Shown: positions 47,940 through 60,559 of the stretch, piece after piece | How positions within the stretch are numbered: the first letter of the stretch is position 1 | Layout: the number at the start of each line of letters is the position of its first letter | Assembly (NCBI GenBank): GCA_030704615.1 | Contig: CM060732.1 | Coordinates: 21,204,001 to 21,268,000, forward strand | Reading direction: 5' to 3' | Origin: Takakia lepidozioides | Taxonomy: Eukaryota; Plantae; Bryophyta | Length of the DNA: 64,000 nucleotides | Position numbers and translations under genes: made by a program | The notes under the pieces: model-generated | Database searches by the model: none | Seen by the model: the letters and a program-made list of their open reading frames with translations, nothing else | What the model was told of the DNA's origin: nothing

Positions 47940-49060
47940 TTAAGCGACCGTTAATACTACGGTTGTTATTTCTATTTTTTATGAAAAACAAGCAACCGCC
48001 ATTACTGCGGTCGCTTTTATTTCCTTTCATTTTGTGCAATATTGCGGTCACTTCTATTTTGTATATTTTTAAATTTAAGCGACCGTCCGTATGGCGGTCG
48101 CTATTGTTTTTTATTTCAAAATATAATGTGACTGCCGGTATGGCGGTCGCTTCATTTGTTAATATATTTAAAATAAAACGACCGCCAATATGGTGGTCGC
48201 GTTTATTTTAAATATTAAAAAAAAAACGCGACCGCCAGTAAAGCGGTCGCTTTTAATCTTTATATTTTCAACTTAATATATATTTAAAATTGACGCGACC
48301 GCCGGTTTGGTGGTCTCAAATATTGTATTGTTTTAAAACCAGCGACCACCGGTGTGGCGGTCGCTTTTATTTTCATATGTCGTTTTTTTTATTTAGATAA
48401 TTTTAAATTTACCGACCCCATATGGCGGTCGTTTGTTTTTCTATATATTTTTTAAATTAAGCGACCGCCCAATGGCGGTCGCTGTTTTTTTTTTTTTTTT
48501 TTTTTTTAATTATCCGACCGCCATATGGCGGTCGCTTGTTTTTTTTATATATTTTTGAAATTATCCGACCGCCATGTGGCGGTCGCTTGTTCTGTACATA
48601 TTTACAAAATTGTGCGACCGCCAATACGGTAGTCGCTTGTTTCTTTTATAAAATTAGGCGACCGCCAATCTTGTTTTTTCTTAAAAATAAATTGAAACGA
48701 CCGCCAAGATAGCGGTCGCTATTTTTTTTTTAAATTCAAAAATAAAGCGACCGCCAGTGCGACCGTCAATCTTGTTTTTTTTTTTTTTTAAATTGAAGCG
48801 GCCGCCAATTATGGCGATCGCTATTTCTATTTTAATTTCGAAAAACAAAACGACCGCCATAATTGGCTCGCGTTCATTTTGTTAATTTTTAAAATATATT
48901 TGCCACCGTCACCGTGTCGGCGACGTGGCTGCTTAAGTGGCAGTATTTTACCTGGTACTATTTTTATCAGAATATTCCTTGAACCTGACGTGACGGAGGT
49001 CCCGTCAGCGTCAGGTCTGACGTAACCTATGCTGACGGACGGACGTGACGCTGATAACCA
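47940..49060. repeat. Array of GCGACCGCC-N3-6-GGCGGTCGC palindromes separated by AT tracts (transposon subterminal region)
   Basis: About 20 copies. The array ends in GACGTGACGCTGATAA, the same motif as at 42970. Confidence 0.8.
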
Positions 49061-50264
49061 GGGGGATGACCTACTTTCGCCTCGATCCAATTGCCGCGAT
49101 ACTCTTCAGCAATCTCCTGGATTTTGCTCAAACACCGATGCGTGATCTCTCTTTGGTCTTTGGGCTCCCACTCCCCTAAGTGACAGGAGGAAATAGTGCG
49201 GTAGTGCCCTTGCACTCTTCTCTCAAAGGAGATAAAAAACCGATCGTTCGCTACCATCTTCTTTAATCTGCACAACCATCTTGAAATATTTGAGAATTGT
49301 TGTTATAAACTTCAAAATAACGAAAACAAGATGTTCAAAACACTACAAACAGCTAGTCTATTTCCCGGCAGACGCACCAAAAATATGTCAACCATTAATG
49401 CACCCCATTAACAGTTGCATATTTAATTTAGGGTTCGTGTTAGACAGAGCTAGGTTAGGTCCCGAAGGCGCCTAGCCCCAAGGGTGCTGCTAGTGTGGAT
49501 TATAATTTTTCTATGTTATAAGTGTTTGCGTTTGTAATTTGTAACCAACAGTTAGCGCTAACTCATTGACGTATTTACGAAAATAATAGTATAGAAATAA
49601 GTAAGACGAATGTATAATTACTTCGGGATAAATAATTATGATTTTTAGATGTATATATATATACGCATATATCTATATATTAAAAAAGATAGCTTAGTGT
49701 AAATATGAGTTATTAAGCAAACAACAAAATTTAACTTCAACCAATCAACTTAATTATTTGTTTTCTTTTTGAAGAATTTTATGTATATATTTACGTTTAA
49801 AAGATGGGGATATTGATTTATTTAGTTTTAACTAGTCCCCATTAATTTATGTGAGTCAAAAATAGATAAGCGATTAGATCATTCTAAGGAAAAGATCAGC
49901 CCAGCAAACAATCTTAGTATAACCGAAATAAAAAGAGATAATCAAAACGGCTTAGAGGGAGCAGTGCGGGCTAAACCCCTAACCAATAAGTCTATCAAGA
50001 ACCATTCAAAACCTATTAACCTATCTAATTATTTATAGAGCTATTTCAAGGGGTTTTTAAATATAAGCAAAACTAACTAAGTTGTAACAAGCGAGAGTTG
50101 ACCCCCCCAACCTCAGCGATGCAGCTGCCAGCAGAGGTCCCTAACCGACAGACCAAGGTGGATTTGTGAGAGTACAAGCAGTAATTTAACTACTTAATAT
50201 TCATTTCTAGGATCTATCCAATGAATCTTGAAATAAATAGGAAAAAAAACTAACTACAAGGGAA

Positions 50265-50338
50265 TGGTGTAGGAACAGGGTTTGAACCTCTGCCTTATGA
50301 TGCACAAATAACTTCCTTAACCACTAAACCCAGGTGCC
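50265..50338 (-). other. Degenerate tRNA-like (SINE-head-like) sequence
   Basis: Minus strand has an A-box-like TGGGTTTAGTGG, a B-box GGTTCAAACC and ends ..ACCA. The acceptor stem does not pair. Confidence 0.35.
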
Positions 50339-51089
50339 ATTCTTGAAAATCTTTTAGTGTATTAACAAACTAGGGCTTCGCGTTGCTCCGCACTACTAGC
50401 GACGAATTCTGAGAACTACCGTTCAATTTTCACAAAATAAGGTGGGTTTCCAAATTTCATTGTTTGATGTAGCTATCTCTATCTATGCCCTAGAAATGAG
50501 GTAGAGGTGAACCCGTATTTTCCCCTTCGTTAAGCATTTGTTTCATCAGGATCGAAATCCGGTTGTTTATCCGTTGCTCATCATTTTTTTAATTTTTTTC
50601 TTAAAGGGAAACACCTGGGAGCGACATCTCACAAATCAGGCCCCTTGATAGCGAGGAGAAAATAACCTCTTTCACAGTAACCCCACCATGAAGGCGTAGA
50701 AATGGGGCACCGCCCAATGGAAGGGGTAGAAGAGTATACCACACCCCTCAAGTAGCATGTTTTGCCCCAGAATCATCTGGGTGGCACTCAGTTTACTAAT
50801 CAACTTAGGTACTGACTGTTGGCCATCCTTTAGTTTCTCAACAATTAACTTTATTATCTTGATAAAAAATGATTGTCTTGATAAAAATGCCTCAATACAG
50901 CAACGACCTGCCTCCTTTCTAACCCCTCTGACCATTTGTTTATATGGGCAATTGATGTAGATTTCAAATAGTTTGGATTCTTAATTTAATGTCCCGGTAG
51001 CTATATAAACAATTCTAAGTGTCAAATTGTCATACAAGGAAGAACAAGCTCATGTGAAATGTGATGGGACATACAGCTTGTTGTTAGGC

Positions 51090-54000
51090 GCTTGGAAAAT
51101 GCAAGGAGAACGTTCTGCTGCTCAGATGGATCCCACCTGGCAACTGCAGCATAGATATTTGATAGCAACACATAAGTCGCAACATCCTGTTCATCCGATG
51201 GGAGGATAGATGTTGCCGCACATTCAGCCATCTCCACATTGCCATGGATTCTGCAGGCACCAAGCAAGGCCTTCCACACCACAGCATCTGGATTGATGGC
51301 ATTTTATTAATCAGGTCCACTGCTCATCCAGTTGTCTGGCACGTCCAAGCCTACCACACTCGTTTGGCCATATGGTCGAACACTCCCTCCACATCCTCGA
51401 TGCACCCACATTTGGCATATATGTCCACGAGGGTATTATTCAGAACCACATCTGGTAGAATTCCAGCTTTGGCGATGCAACCATAAACCCTCTGCCCTTT
51501 TCCAGGGCTGCCAGGCTTGCACACACACTGCAAACGCACAAACCTGATGTGGTCGGGCTTCACCCCTTCCCCCATCATTTGCTCATACGTCTCCAAAGCC
51601 TCCTCCCGGGCCCCTGTTGTGCATACCCTGGGAGCATCGCACTCCACGACACCACATCTCATTCCGCCATATTGTCGAACACTCCCTTTGCATGCTCGAC
51701 GCTCCCACATTTGGCATACATGTCCACCAGGGTATTGTTCAGGATCACATCTGGTACGATTCCAGCTCTGACGATGTCGCCATGCACCTCTTTGCCCAGA
51801 AATGCCAGAAGAGGCATTGTGGACTCCCTCTCTTGATCCTCTTCCAGAGGCTGTGGTCATGGTTGAGGTGCCTGATTTTATCAATTGTGCCGCTGCAGCT
51901 GTTGCTTTTAGTTGACCATCTACCCATGTAGGTTTATTGTAGCTATTGATCCACAGGGAATCATAGGTAATCTTGTGCTTGAAATCTGGCCCTCTTGGAT
52001 GCACACTCTACCCCTGCTCCTTCAGCTATCCATGCCTCTGCACAAATCATGCATTCATCCTTGTCTTCCTGCTAACAACTGACAATAACAGCCTAGATTT
52101 GTTCTAGGAAACACCCAACTCAGCTTATCACACTAGTTCCTATGCTCCTTGCGTTTGCTACTCTCTGTAATCCAACAGGCATCCACCTTTTTGCCTCAAT
52201 TGTCCCACCATCGACTGGGGTCAAAAAAGTATTCTTTCCACAGCTTCTCCTCATCTCTCTTACCTTTTTCTGGATACTTTGGCAGTATCATGTCAAAGTC
52301 ACTCCAACTATCAAAGGTTCACTCAACCAGCTAACTTGCAGAATTCAACATGAAAATTTAGGGCCGGTTCTGATAAGAAGGAACCCTCACTCCATCCCTG
52401 CTCCTTCAGCTATCCATGCCTCTGCACAAATCATGCATACATCCTTGCCTTGCTGCTAGCAACATACAATGACAGCCTAGAATTCTTCCAGCAAAAACCC
52501 CCGCACTTAACATACATGTTGACAAACACCCAACTCAACGTTCCTATGCTAATTGCGTCTGCTACTCTCTGTAATCCAATAGGCGTCCACCTTTTGCCTC
52601 GATTGTCCCACCATTGACTGTGGTCAGAAAAATATTCTTTCCACAGCTTCTCCTCATCTCTCTTACCTGTTTCTGGATACTTTGGCGGTATCATGTCAAA
52701 GTCACTCCAACTATCAAAGGTTCACTCAACCAGCTAACTTGCAGAATTCAACATGAAAATTTAGGGCCGGTTCTGATAAGAGGGAACCCACACTCCATCC
52801 CTGCTCCTTCAGCTATCCATGCCTCTGCACAAATCATGCATACATCCTTGCCTTGCTGCTAGCAACATACAATGACAGCCTAGAATTCTTCCAGCAAACA
52901 CCCCCGCACTTAACATACATGTTGACGAGGGTGCTGAGGAGAAAAACATTTGGCGTGAATCCACTTTGGATAATGTGAGCGTGCACCTGCTTTCCAGCTT
53001 CCAGGCCACCTGATGCACTTATGCAAGAGACAGACATACGTTTCTGAATCTGCTGAAATGCCTCCTTGGTTTAAAGTCTGTAGAGCCTCTTTCAGTCTGC
53101 CTGCCTCACAAAGCATCTTCACATGCCCAGAAGTGCCAGAAGAGGCATTGTGGACTCCATCTCTTGATCCTCTTCCAGAGGCTGTGGTCATGGTTGAGGT
53201 GCCTGATTTTATCAACCGTGCCGCTGCAGCTGTTGCCTTTAATTGACCCTTTATCCATGCAGGTTTCTTGTAGCTATTGATCCACAGGGAATCATAGGTA
53301 ATCTTGTGCTTGAAAACTGGCCCTCTTGGATGCTTCTGTACACACACTCTACCCCTGCTCCTTCAGCTATCCATGTCTCTCCACAAATCATGCATTCATC
53401 CTTGCCTTGCTGCTAACAGCTGACAATGACAGCCTAGATTTGTTCTAGGAAACACCCAACTCAGCTTATCACACTAGTTCCTTGCTCATTGCGTCTGCTA
53501 CTCTCTATAATCCAACAGGCATTCACCTTTCTCCGGTGAGAAACATAAGTCCTTGCCATTGAACACGAGGTCAAGTGGATGTCGTACCTGGCGGAAGGTT
53601 TATTGGACAAGGAGGAAGTCCAGCCTTCTCATCCTTTCTTTTGGTGTTCCAGCCAGCAGCCCGTGGAGCAAGCTGATTGCAAGTAGCGGTTTCGTCTACT
53701 GGTTTCTTGAATCAAGTTTACAAAGACGATTCAGTTGGTTGCGTATGTCATGTCACTAGTCTTGTTCTGCTATGTATCTGAGGATAAGCCACAAAGTGAA
53801 CTCAACTGAGCACCTGGGACCTTAGCAAGGGACTTCCACGAATTTACCGAGGTTAAGCGGAGATACAGCTTAGATTTGTTCTAGGAAACACCCAACTCAG
53901 CGTTCCTATGCTCATTGCGTCTGCTACTCTCTGTAATCCAACAGGCATCCACCTTTTTGCCTCGATTGTCCCACCATTGACTGTGGTCAGAAAAGTATTC

Positions 54001-54620
54001 TTCACAGCTTCTCCTCGTCTCTCTTACCTGTTTCTGGATACTTTGGCGGTATCATGTCAAAGTCACTCCAACTGTCAAATGATGTAGCTACGTTTATCCA
54101 TATTATCAGGGCATGTGTATGAAACATTGATTAGAAGTTGATAGCTGTTTAAAGTCTGTAGAGCCTCTTTCAGTCTGCTTGCCTCACAAAGCATCTTCAC
54201 ATGCCCAGAAGTGCCAGAAGTGGCATTGTGGACTCCCTCTCTTGATCCTCTTCCAGAGGCTGTGGTCATGGTTGAGGTGCCTGATTTTATCAACTGTGCC
54301 GCTGCAGCTGCTGCCTTTAGTTGACCATCTACCCATGCAGGTTTCTTGTAGCTATTGATTCACAGGGAATCATAGGTAATCTTGTGCTTGAAATCTGGCT
54401 CTCTTGGATGATTCTGTACACACACTCTACCCCTGCTTTGGCATACATGTCCACCAAGGTATTGTTCAGGATCACATCTGGTACGATTCCAGATCTGACG
54501 ATGTCGCCATGCACCTCTTTGCCCTTTTCCAGGGCTGCCAGGCTTGCATACGCATTGCAAATGCAACCAAACGTGATGTGGTTGGGCTTCACCCCTTCGC
54601 GCATCATTTGCTCATACGCC
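51090..54620 (-). pseudogene. Rearranged, tandemly duplicated PPR (PLS-E) pseudogene cluster with an N-terminal OSB-type PDF motif
   Basis: EKLWKEYFSDHSQWWDNRGKK | (N/K)HPR(G/E)PDFKHKITYDSLWINSYKKPAWVDGQL, followed by VKMLCEAGRLKEAL and PLS repeats ending WKALLGACRIHGNVEMAE..YVLLSNIYA. The module recurs about three times with frameshifts. Confidence 0.8.
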
Positions 54621-55849
54621 TGTACCTCTGTTTACCAACTTTGAAAGTCTTGAGGCTGAGCCAAACGCTCAGGCCCTTTTGGGCCTAGTTTTTGGGCAAA
54701 CCACACACAGCAGGTTGAAGCTTGTGTAAAGGGATTTCTAGAGGATATCGGGAAAACCCGGATCAATTGTTTATTCCAAGGTAAGTCTTACTACGGGCGT
54801 CGGCCCCTGACAAAGGTAGGTTCTGTCCCTTTGTGTTCTGCTCAAACTGGGCGTGGAGTCAATGGCCACAAGGCTACGGCAAACAACGTCTTAGGAATAC
54901 TCTCTCTCTCTCTCCCTCCAGACGAGAGGACCGATTCCCTTGGTCAACTAAGTCTGGGAAAGGTAAAGCTGGTCAGCAATAAGAAATGACGTTATAATAT
55001 ATGCTTGATGTATCACTGCTTATGGAATCGGGAGACTTGCCTTGTATCTGGATCTGTTAACATGATTTGCAAATGAAGTATCTGATGTATACCATGTCTG
55101 AAATCTAAATGTGCCCTACCTCTTGCTCATGGATCCTTTTCAATGAATCGAGCTTCTCCTCAGCCAGAATGGAGCTGTTTCTGAGCAGCTGGACCTCTGA
55201 CGAGCAAGAGATTAGGATACCCACAATGATTGAAGGTGAAAATGTTCCTGGTGAAAGCACTTCTTTTCATCGAGCTGCATTGCATTCATCTCCTTCAAAC
55301 CAGCATCCAGCTTGCTCACCAGCACCTCCAACTGCAATCCCAACAATGGCCACCTCATCACCACCTGTTGTCCATAGATAAGGTGCAAGCTCTTTGGGAA
55401 TCTGGCCACCAGCAGTCTGTACAGCACCTCAAAAAGTAAGATAACAGCTGCACCACTCGAAACATTCCAAACTGATGTATGGGGCCTCTAGGCCATCATA
55501 GAATTAAGAGGGTCAAAATGATATGATAGATCAGTATGCAACTCACAAGAGAATTGTGGTCTCGCCTTGGATGAACACAACTTTGGCTTGTACCTGCCTC
55601 CGGATGTGATCTGACTGCACCCCTCATGCCAAGACATCTGGTCACGGATCCCTTCTTTTTCTATCTCTCCCTCATTTTTAAGTTACTTCCTTTCCGTTTC
55701 TCTCACATTAAATTCTAATTATTTCCTCCACTGTGACTGGCAATGAGCCACATGTGTGTCCACCCAGCCCAGTGCCAAGAGATGAGCACGGCCCCCCACA
55801 CCAATGCACCTGGTTCAACTAGCATTTCATTAATAAATTCTTCTGCCTT

Positions 55850-56100
55850 GACCAATCTCCCTGCACGGCCAAGAAGATGTATTTAGATCTTGGAGTCTGG
55901 CTGGATACCATGTTGGTAAGAAACGTGCAGTGCCTCTTTCCGTCGTCCTGACTTGCATAGTCTTCTAATGTCTCCACAAGTGCAGAAGAACTCTTACTGA
56001 CTTCGCCTCTTGGACCTCTTGCAAAACCACCAGTGAGAGTCACCACCAGGGAGGGTTTGACCAACCCATCCAGAGAACCTCATTTCTGCCCTTGAACTGC
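55850..56100 (-). pseudogene. PPR gene N-terminal fragment
   Basis: GDIRRLCKSGRRKEALHVSYQHGIQPDSKI resembles the first PPR repeat of the neighbouring copies; contains stops. Confidence 0.5.
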
Positions 56101-57024
56101 TCCGCGACAACACCAGTGGGCAACTGAGTAGCCATGGCCTCTCGCACCACGCTATAACCACCAAAGCTTCACACATTTCAAAAAACAGACAGATCCCGAA
56201 ACAACCTGCCAGTACTTTTAAATGAACATGTGCACAGGGCCATGAAGTTTGGCAGAAAACTTCCTTGAACCTGTTTCCAGTCTGTGACATGGGACCTACA
56301 CAGGCAAGCCACAAATTCCCACCAACTGGGCTGCCTGCTCAAGTGCGAAAGAGGGGTACTACTACCCCGTCCAATTTCAGTGCTCCTAGGCACTCACTCT
56401 ATTCCGTAATCCTCACAAGCATATCTACAGTAACCTTTGACAAGTTTCACAATACAGAGTCTTGTGACTAGACTGCATGCCTGCAAATTCACATATGTGG
56501 GCACACCCCCACAAAACTGAGAGAGATTCTCAGGCAGGCAAAAAGCAGGCTTCGTAATCAGAAACCTTTTTATCCAATCATGGTGCAGCCAGAACAATAA
56601 ATAATCTTGGCCTCCCAAACTGTTATACATGCAATCATCAACAGGCATGCATTGCCACTGTTCAGATATGAACAAAGCCTGGCCTATCCAAAGATATTTG
56701 GCGCATGTCAAACACCAAGCCCTTCCACTCATATCATCCCACCATTAAGTACAGTTCAAACCAATTTCCAACTTCCTCAAGACATCCCCTCTGCTTACTC
56801 ATGTGGGCAGACCCACAACTTTAAATTAACATTTCCAAACTTGCCGATTGCAAGGCAAAATGCAGCAGGTCTGTGTGCAGATGTGGTTTGAGCACTGACC
56901 TCAAGCCATTTGCAAACCACCCCTTATTATAAAACCCTCAATGCCAAACACAGACTAGGTACCCAAGGTTTTTGGACTCCATGCAAGCACTAAATCAAGA
57001 ATCTAATAACATCACACAGACTTG

Positions 57025-57409
57025 TTACTTTGCCGATGGTCCTGCTTGTGGTGCAGGCCTTGAGGTTAGAAGCGGTTGCAGGGCTTTCACCACGATACTC
57101 ATGTTGGGGCGAAAGTCCCCTTCGTACTGCACACAGAGTGCTGCAACTGCTGCCATCTGCCATTCCAACCCAAACTTGCATCGGTAACCTTTATCCAGTT
57201 GTTGAGAGAACCTAAATACGGAGCTAGGGGCTGCCATAAGCCAGCCAGTTGCTGAAGAGACCATCTACTATGCAATCTCTTGCAATGAGAATACAACTCA
57301 AAAGGTTGACACAAAAACCTACCTTGGCAATTGCCTTTGGAGGATAGTCACCCTCCAGCTTGGGATCAACGCATTGCTTTACTTTGTCCTCGCTCAACCT
57401 TGGTGTTGC
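57025..57409 (-). CDS. PTI1: Last two exons of a Pto-interacting 1 (Pti1)-like receptor-like cytoplasmic kinase (57409-57323, 57156-57025); upstream exons not found in the window
   Basis: [29 protein letters not shown] | [30 protein letters not shown] with intact GT-AG sites. Confidence 0.85.
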
Positions 57410-57605
57410 CTGAAGAGTAATAAATACAGAAAGTTAGACAACCACCAGCGTTCGCCTTGGCGGAAAGGTGAACGATGGCGGAAAACGTTCATTATGCTTT
57501 TAAAACCAGCATTCTGTTGAGGTGGTGACCCCCTGTCCCAAGGCATCAATGTTTTGCTTCCTGCTATGTTGGAGCTCTGATTTTTGTAGTCCACAGCCGG
57601 TGCTC

Positions 57606-57915
57606 CTATCTTATGTTAATACTTCGCAATGACAGATCACCAGTTCCTCCCATGGAGACCTTCTTGACAGGTTGTGCCATCCCAAATACCTTCCAAAAGC
57701 GAAGTGTCTTATCCGCAGCAGCGGAGACTACCATTGTGTAGATAGACTGCTGACTCAGGTGATGATGATGTGACAGCTGCATCCCAAAATGTAGAGCAAG
57801 TTGTCATTGCCTCCACTTGCTAGCTGTTGGCCTGACGGTGACCACTGGAGGCCACACACCTCCTGATTGTGCCCTATCAGACGGGAGGTGACATGATCTT
57901 TCACCCGTACTGCCA
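57606..57915 (-). pseudogene. CDC20: Intronless, internally deleted CDC20/Fizzy fragment
   Basis: [29 protein letters not shown](W)D joined to VVSAAADKTLRFWKVFG..SINIR*, which ends in the IR tail. Confidence 0.85.
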
Positions 57916-58479
57916 ATTCAAAACACACTCTTTAGCAAGTCATATTTTGAAGGAAGACATGTCTGCAATATCCATTTAAGCCTCTTTCTCCTTCTGGTAC
58001 TTTCAGTAATCTCCACTGCCTTCAAAGTTCCCCGTCTGAATGCTCAGTTAGTCCTTGAATGTGTTTGTGACAACCATTGTTGAGTTTCAGAAACATCTCA
58101 CTCCATCAGAAAAACATTGTTATGCTGATCAGCATACTTTGTATCACTTCTTGTTGATTCCTTACCCCAAACTTTCTCTGCCTCACAGAAGCTATTCAAT
58201 GCTTGGAAAAGGGCCCAAAAGCAAACAACCTTACCATCATGATTGATGATGTGGCTGTCACGACCAAAACACGTTCACAAGCCTAAGCAAGCAAAATGAT
58301 GTGATCTGCGGAGCCTTTGCACGAAAACCAAAGCTGATCGAATGAGGGAAAGGCCACGGTTTGCATTGAGCAGCGAGACTGTTGAGAGCTTGCAAGGTGC
58401 ACGATGGTGGATAACGCAGAGCTCATGCAGTTCAAGAACTTCAAGAACCGGGCAGTCCGGGCAATTCCAAAACAACTTG

Positions 58480-58711
58480 GCGCTTTGGGGATTTTCGGGC
58501 GAGCCGTCCGGGCAGATCCCAAAGAAATTGACGACGACGATGACGTGTCTACGATGACCTGGCTACGATGACGTGGCTATGATGACGTATCTACGATGAC
58601 GTGGCTACGATGACATGGCTACAATGACATGGCAACGACGACGTGGCACTAAGGCACCCTATTCTTGCTCTACGCTAAACTAGCTTCCGACCTTCGGTCG
58701 TCACTAGAATT
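58480..58711 (+). repeat. Dispersed repeat with a 14-bp tandem array (GCTACGATGACGTG x7) and a hairpin-CTAG end
   Basis: Array at 58548-58646. CGACC-TTC-GGTCG hairpin followed by TCACTAG. Homologous to 5024-5215 in inverted orientation. Confidence 0.65.
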
Positions 58712-60559
58712 TAAACGGTTGTTTCAAAACTTCCAACTATGCAACGTTTCATCTCCTTGAACATGAACAGACACCACCAAAACGTCTCTGGCATTATGAT
58801 TATCAAACGCAAGTGCATGCACAGGCGTCCAAGCGGTTAAACGGAGTGGAAGCGGTCTGCCATGAGTGGTTGCAGCTTCTCTCGGGTGTTCACTCTTAGA
58901 ATATGTCAACGACTTGCAGCAATCGGAGTAATGGTGTATGCGTTATTACGTAATACAGAAGCGGGAGATAAGATGAAGATGAATACTAGATATTCTTCTT
59001 CAAAGAAAATTATGCTAAGATCTGAACAAGCAACGGGCGACGAATTTGTGGAACAACCGTAGTATCTGAGGGTTAGACCATGAACAAGTGCCACGATCCC
59101 TGATCCAAATGATAGCAGCAGTACCAAGCTAAAAAGAAGAAGAAAATTTCACACATGATCGATGAACACCAAGTCCTGGTGATGCATAACCAGTGAAGCT
59201 TCAGGAAATACACTGCCACTTCACACCCATAATCGTCTCCCTCTTCCATTAAGACGAGCGGTGTAGATCAATGCGGGAGACCAAGCTTCAAACATCTAGC
59301 TGGCCCCTGTGATTCATCGTGCCACCACCTATTTCTAATGACGCCTGAATTATAGAAAGCTGTGACTATTGAGTTTTCAAGGGCCACATACCCCTTCCTC
59401 TTGATTTTAGTCTTCGTTCGCAAACAACTGGTCTTATCTCCAGTTCCGCTCACCCACCGGTCAATGATAGTATTGTTTTTTTTTTTTTTTTTTAAATTGC
59501 AGGCCAAGTACTCTCTTCCCACCGCTGGAAAGTAATAAGTACTAAACTGATATGATCCAGCCTATTATACAAGACGTTTGAGATGGTAAGCTTCACTACA
59601 AGAGATGAGCGTTTTTAGGACTACGGGTTTGGCGGAGTCATAAAAACTGCACTAGATACATGACTACAGAGCGCTGAAATGCATTACAGTTTTAGTTTTA
59701 TGACTTTGTAGTAATGGATATCACTACATGACTCCGGAAAGTTAGGGAGCATTGGTCAAACATTGTTGACCATGATGACAGGGATGGTTTATATGACTAG
59801 TGTGATATGTTTGACTACACGTGGACGATGTTTCATGGAATCTTATGACTCCATGACTGAAGATGGTTTCAGAGCTCTATTTATACGACTACATCACTAC
59901 ACGTGTCATTTTGAAGGCACATATAATGCAAATAAGGTTGCCCATTAGGTTTTAAAAAGTTAAATTTTTTGCTAATAAGGTTGCCCATTAGTGTAATCGT
60001 GAACAGAAAGGAGGGCTGGGACTTGGCGTCTTTTTGTCTCCTACGCCACACCACATAGCTGAGGGATGGAACGCGATGATAGCAGGATATGCAGGGGCGT
60101 GGGATGGAGGCGTTGAGCAAATGATGCACGAAGGAGAAGAGGAGGAGGAGACGAGACGAGGACAAGCGAGCTCGCCGTTCTTGGGAGAGTCAGCTTGGTC
60201 TTAGCAAGCGTGTTTCAATCTCTGACTACTCATCTACGCCGTAGTGGTTCGATCTGACAGACCAATCCAACATTACCTGACTACAGACACAAGCAGCACA
60301 CACAAGAGGTCATCGGTCAAATCCTCCATGGGTCAGGACAGGTCAAGGACAATGTGGTAGGGCACCTTCTTCTTCAACCTATTTCAGCCTGTGTTGCCCT
60401 CTCATCAGACTCGGCCGCAAGATGCATATTGAATTCTGTAAGTTAGGTCGTTGGGTACATCTGTGGTGGTTTGGAGTGACTCACAGGAGACTCTGGCATT
60501 CGGAAGAACCTACCTTTTCTTTCACTCCAATGTCCTCCAAAATGGGCAAGTTACTGCCA

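Noticed and set aside
47940-48870. CRISPR array
   Set aside because: The context is eukaryotic, there are no cas genes, the repeats are degenerate and the spacers are low-complexity AT tracts. It fits a transposon subterminal array better.
50265-50338. Functional tRNA gene
   Set aside because: The acceptor and anticodon stems do not pair; only the A/B boxes remain.
54620-54960. LTR end with a Met-tRNA PBS on the minus strand
   Set aside because: TGGTAAACAGAG is only a partial PBS match, and no second LTR or TSD was found.
55110-55430. Exon-like coiled-coil fragment
   Set aside because: Splice-like ends are present but there are stops and no recognisable family.
58720-59520. Short ORFs as further Pti1 exons
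   Set aside because: No kinase motifs (HRD, DFD/DFG, APE) were found in the frames examined.
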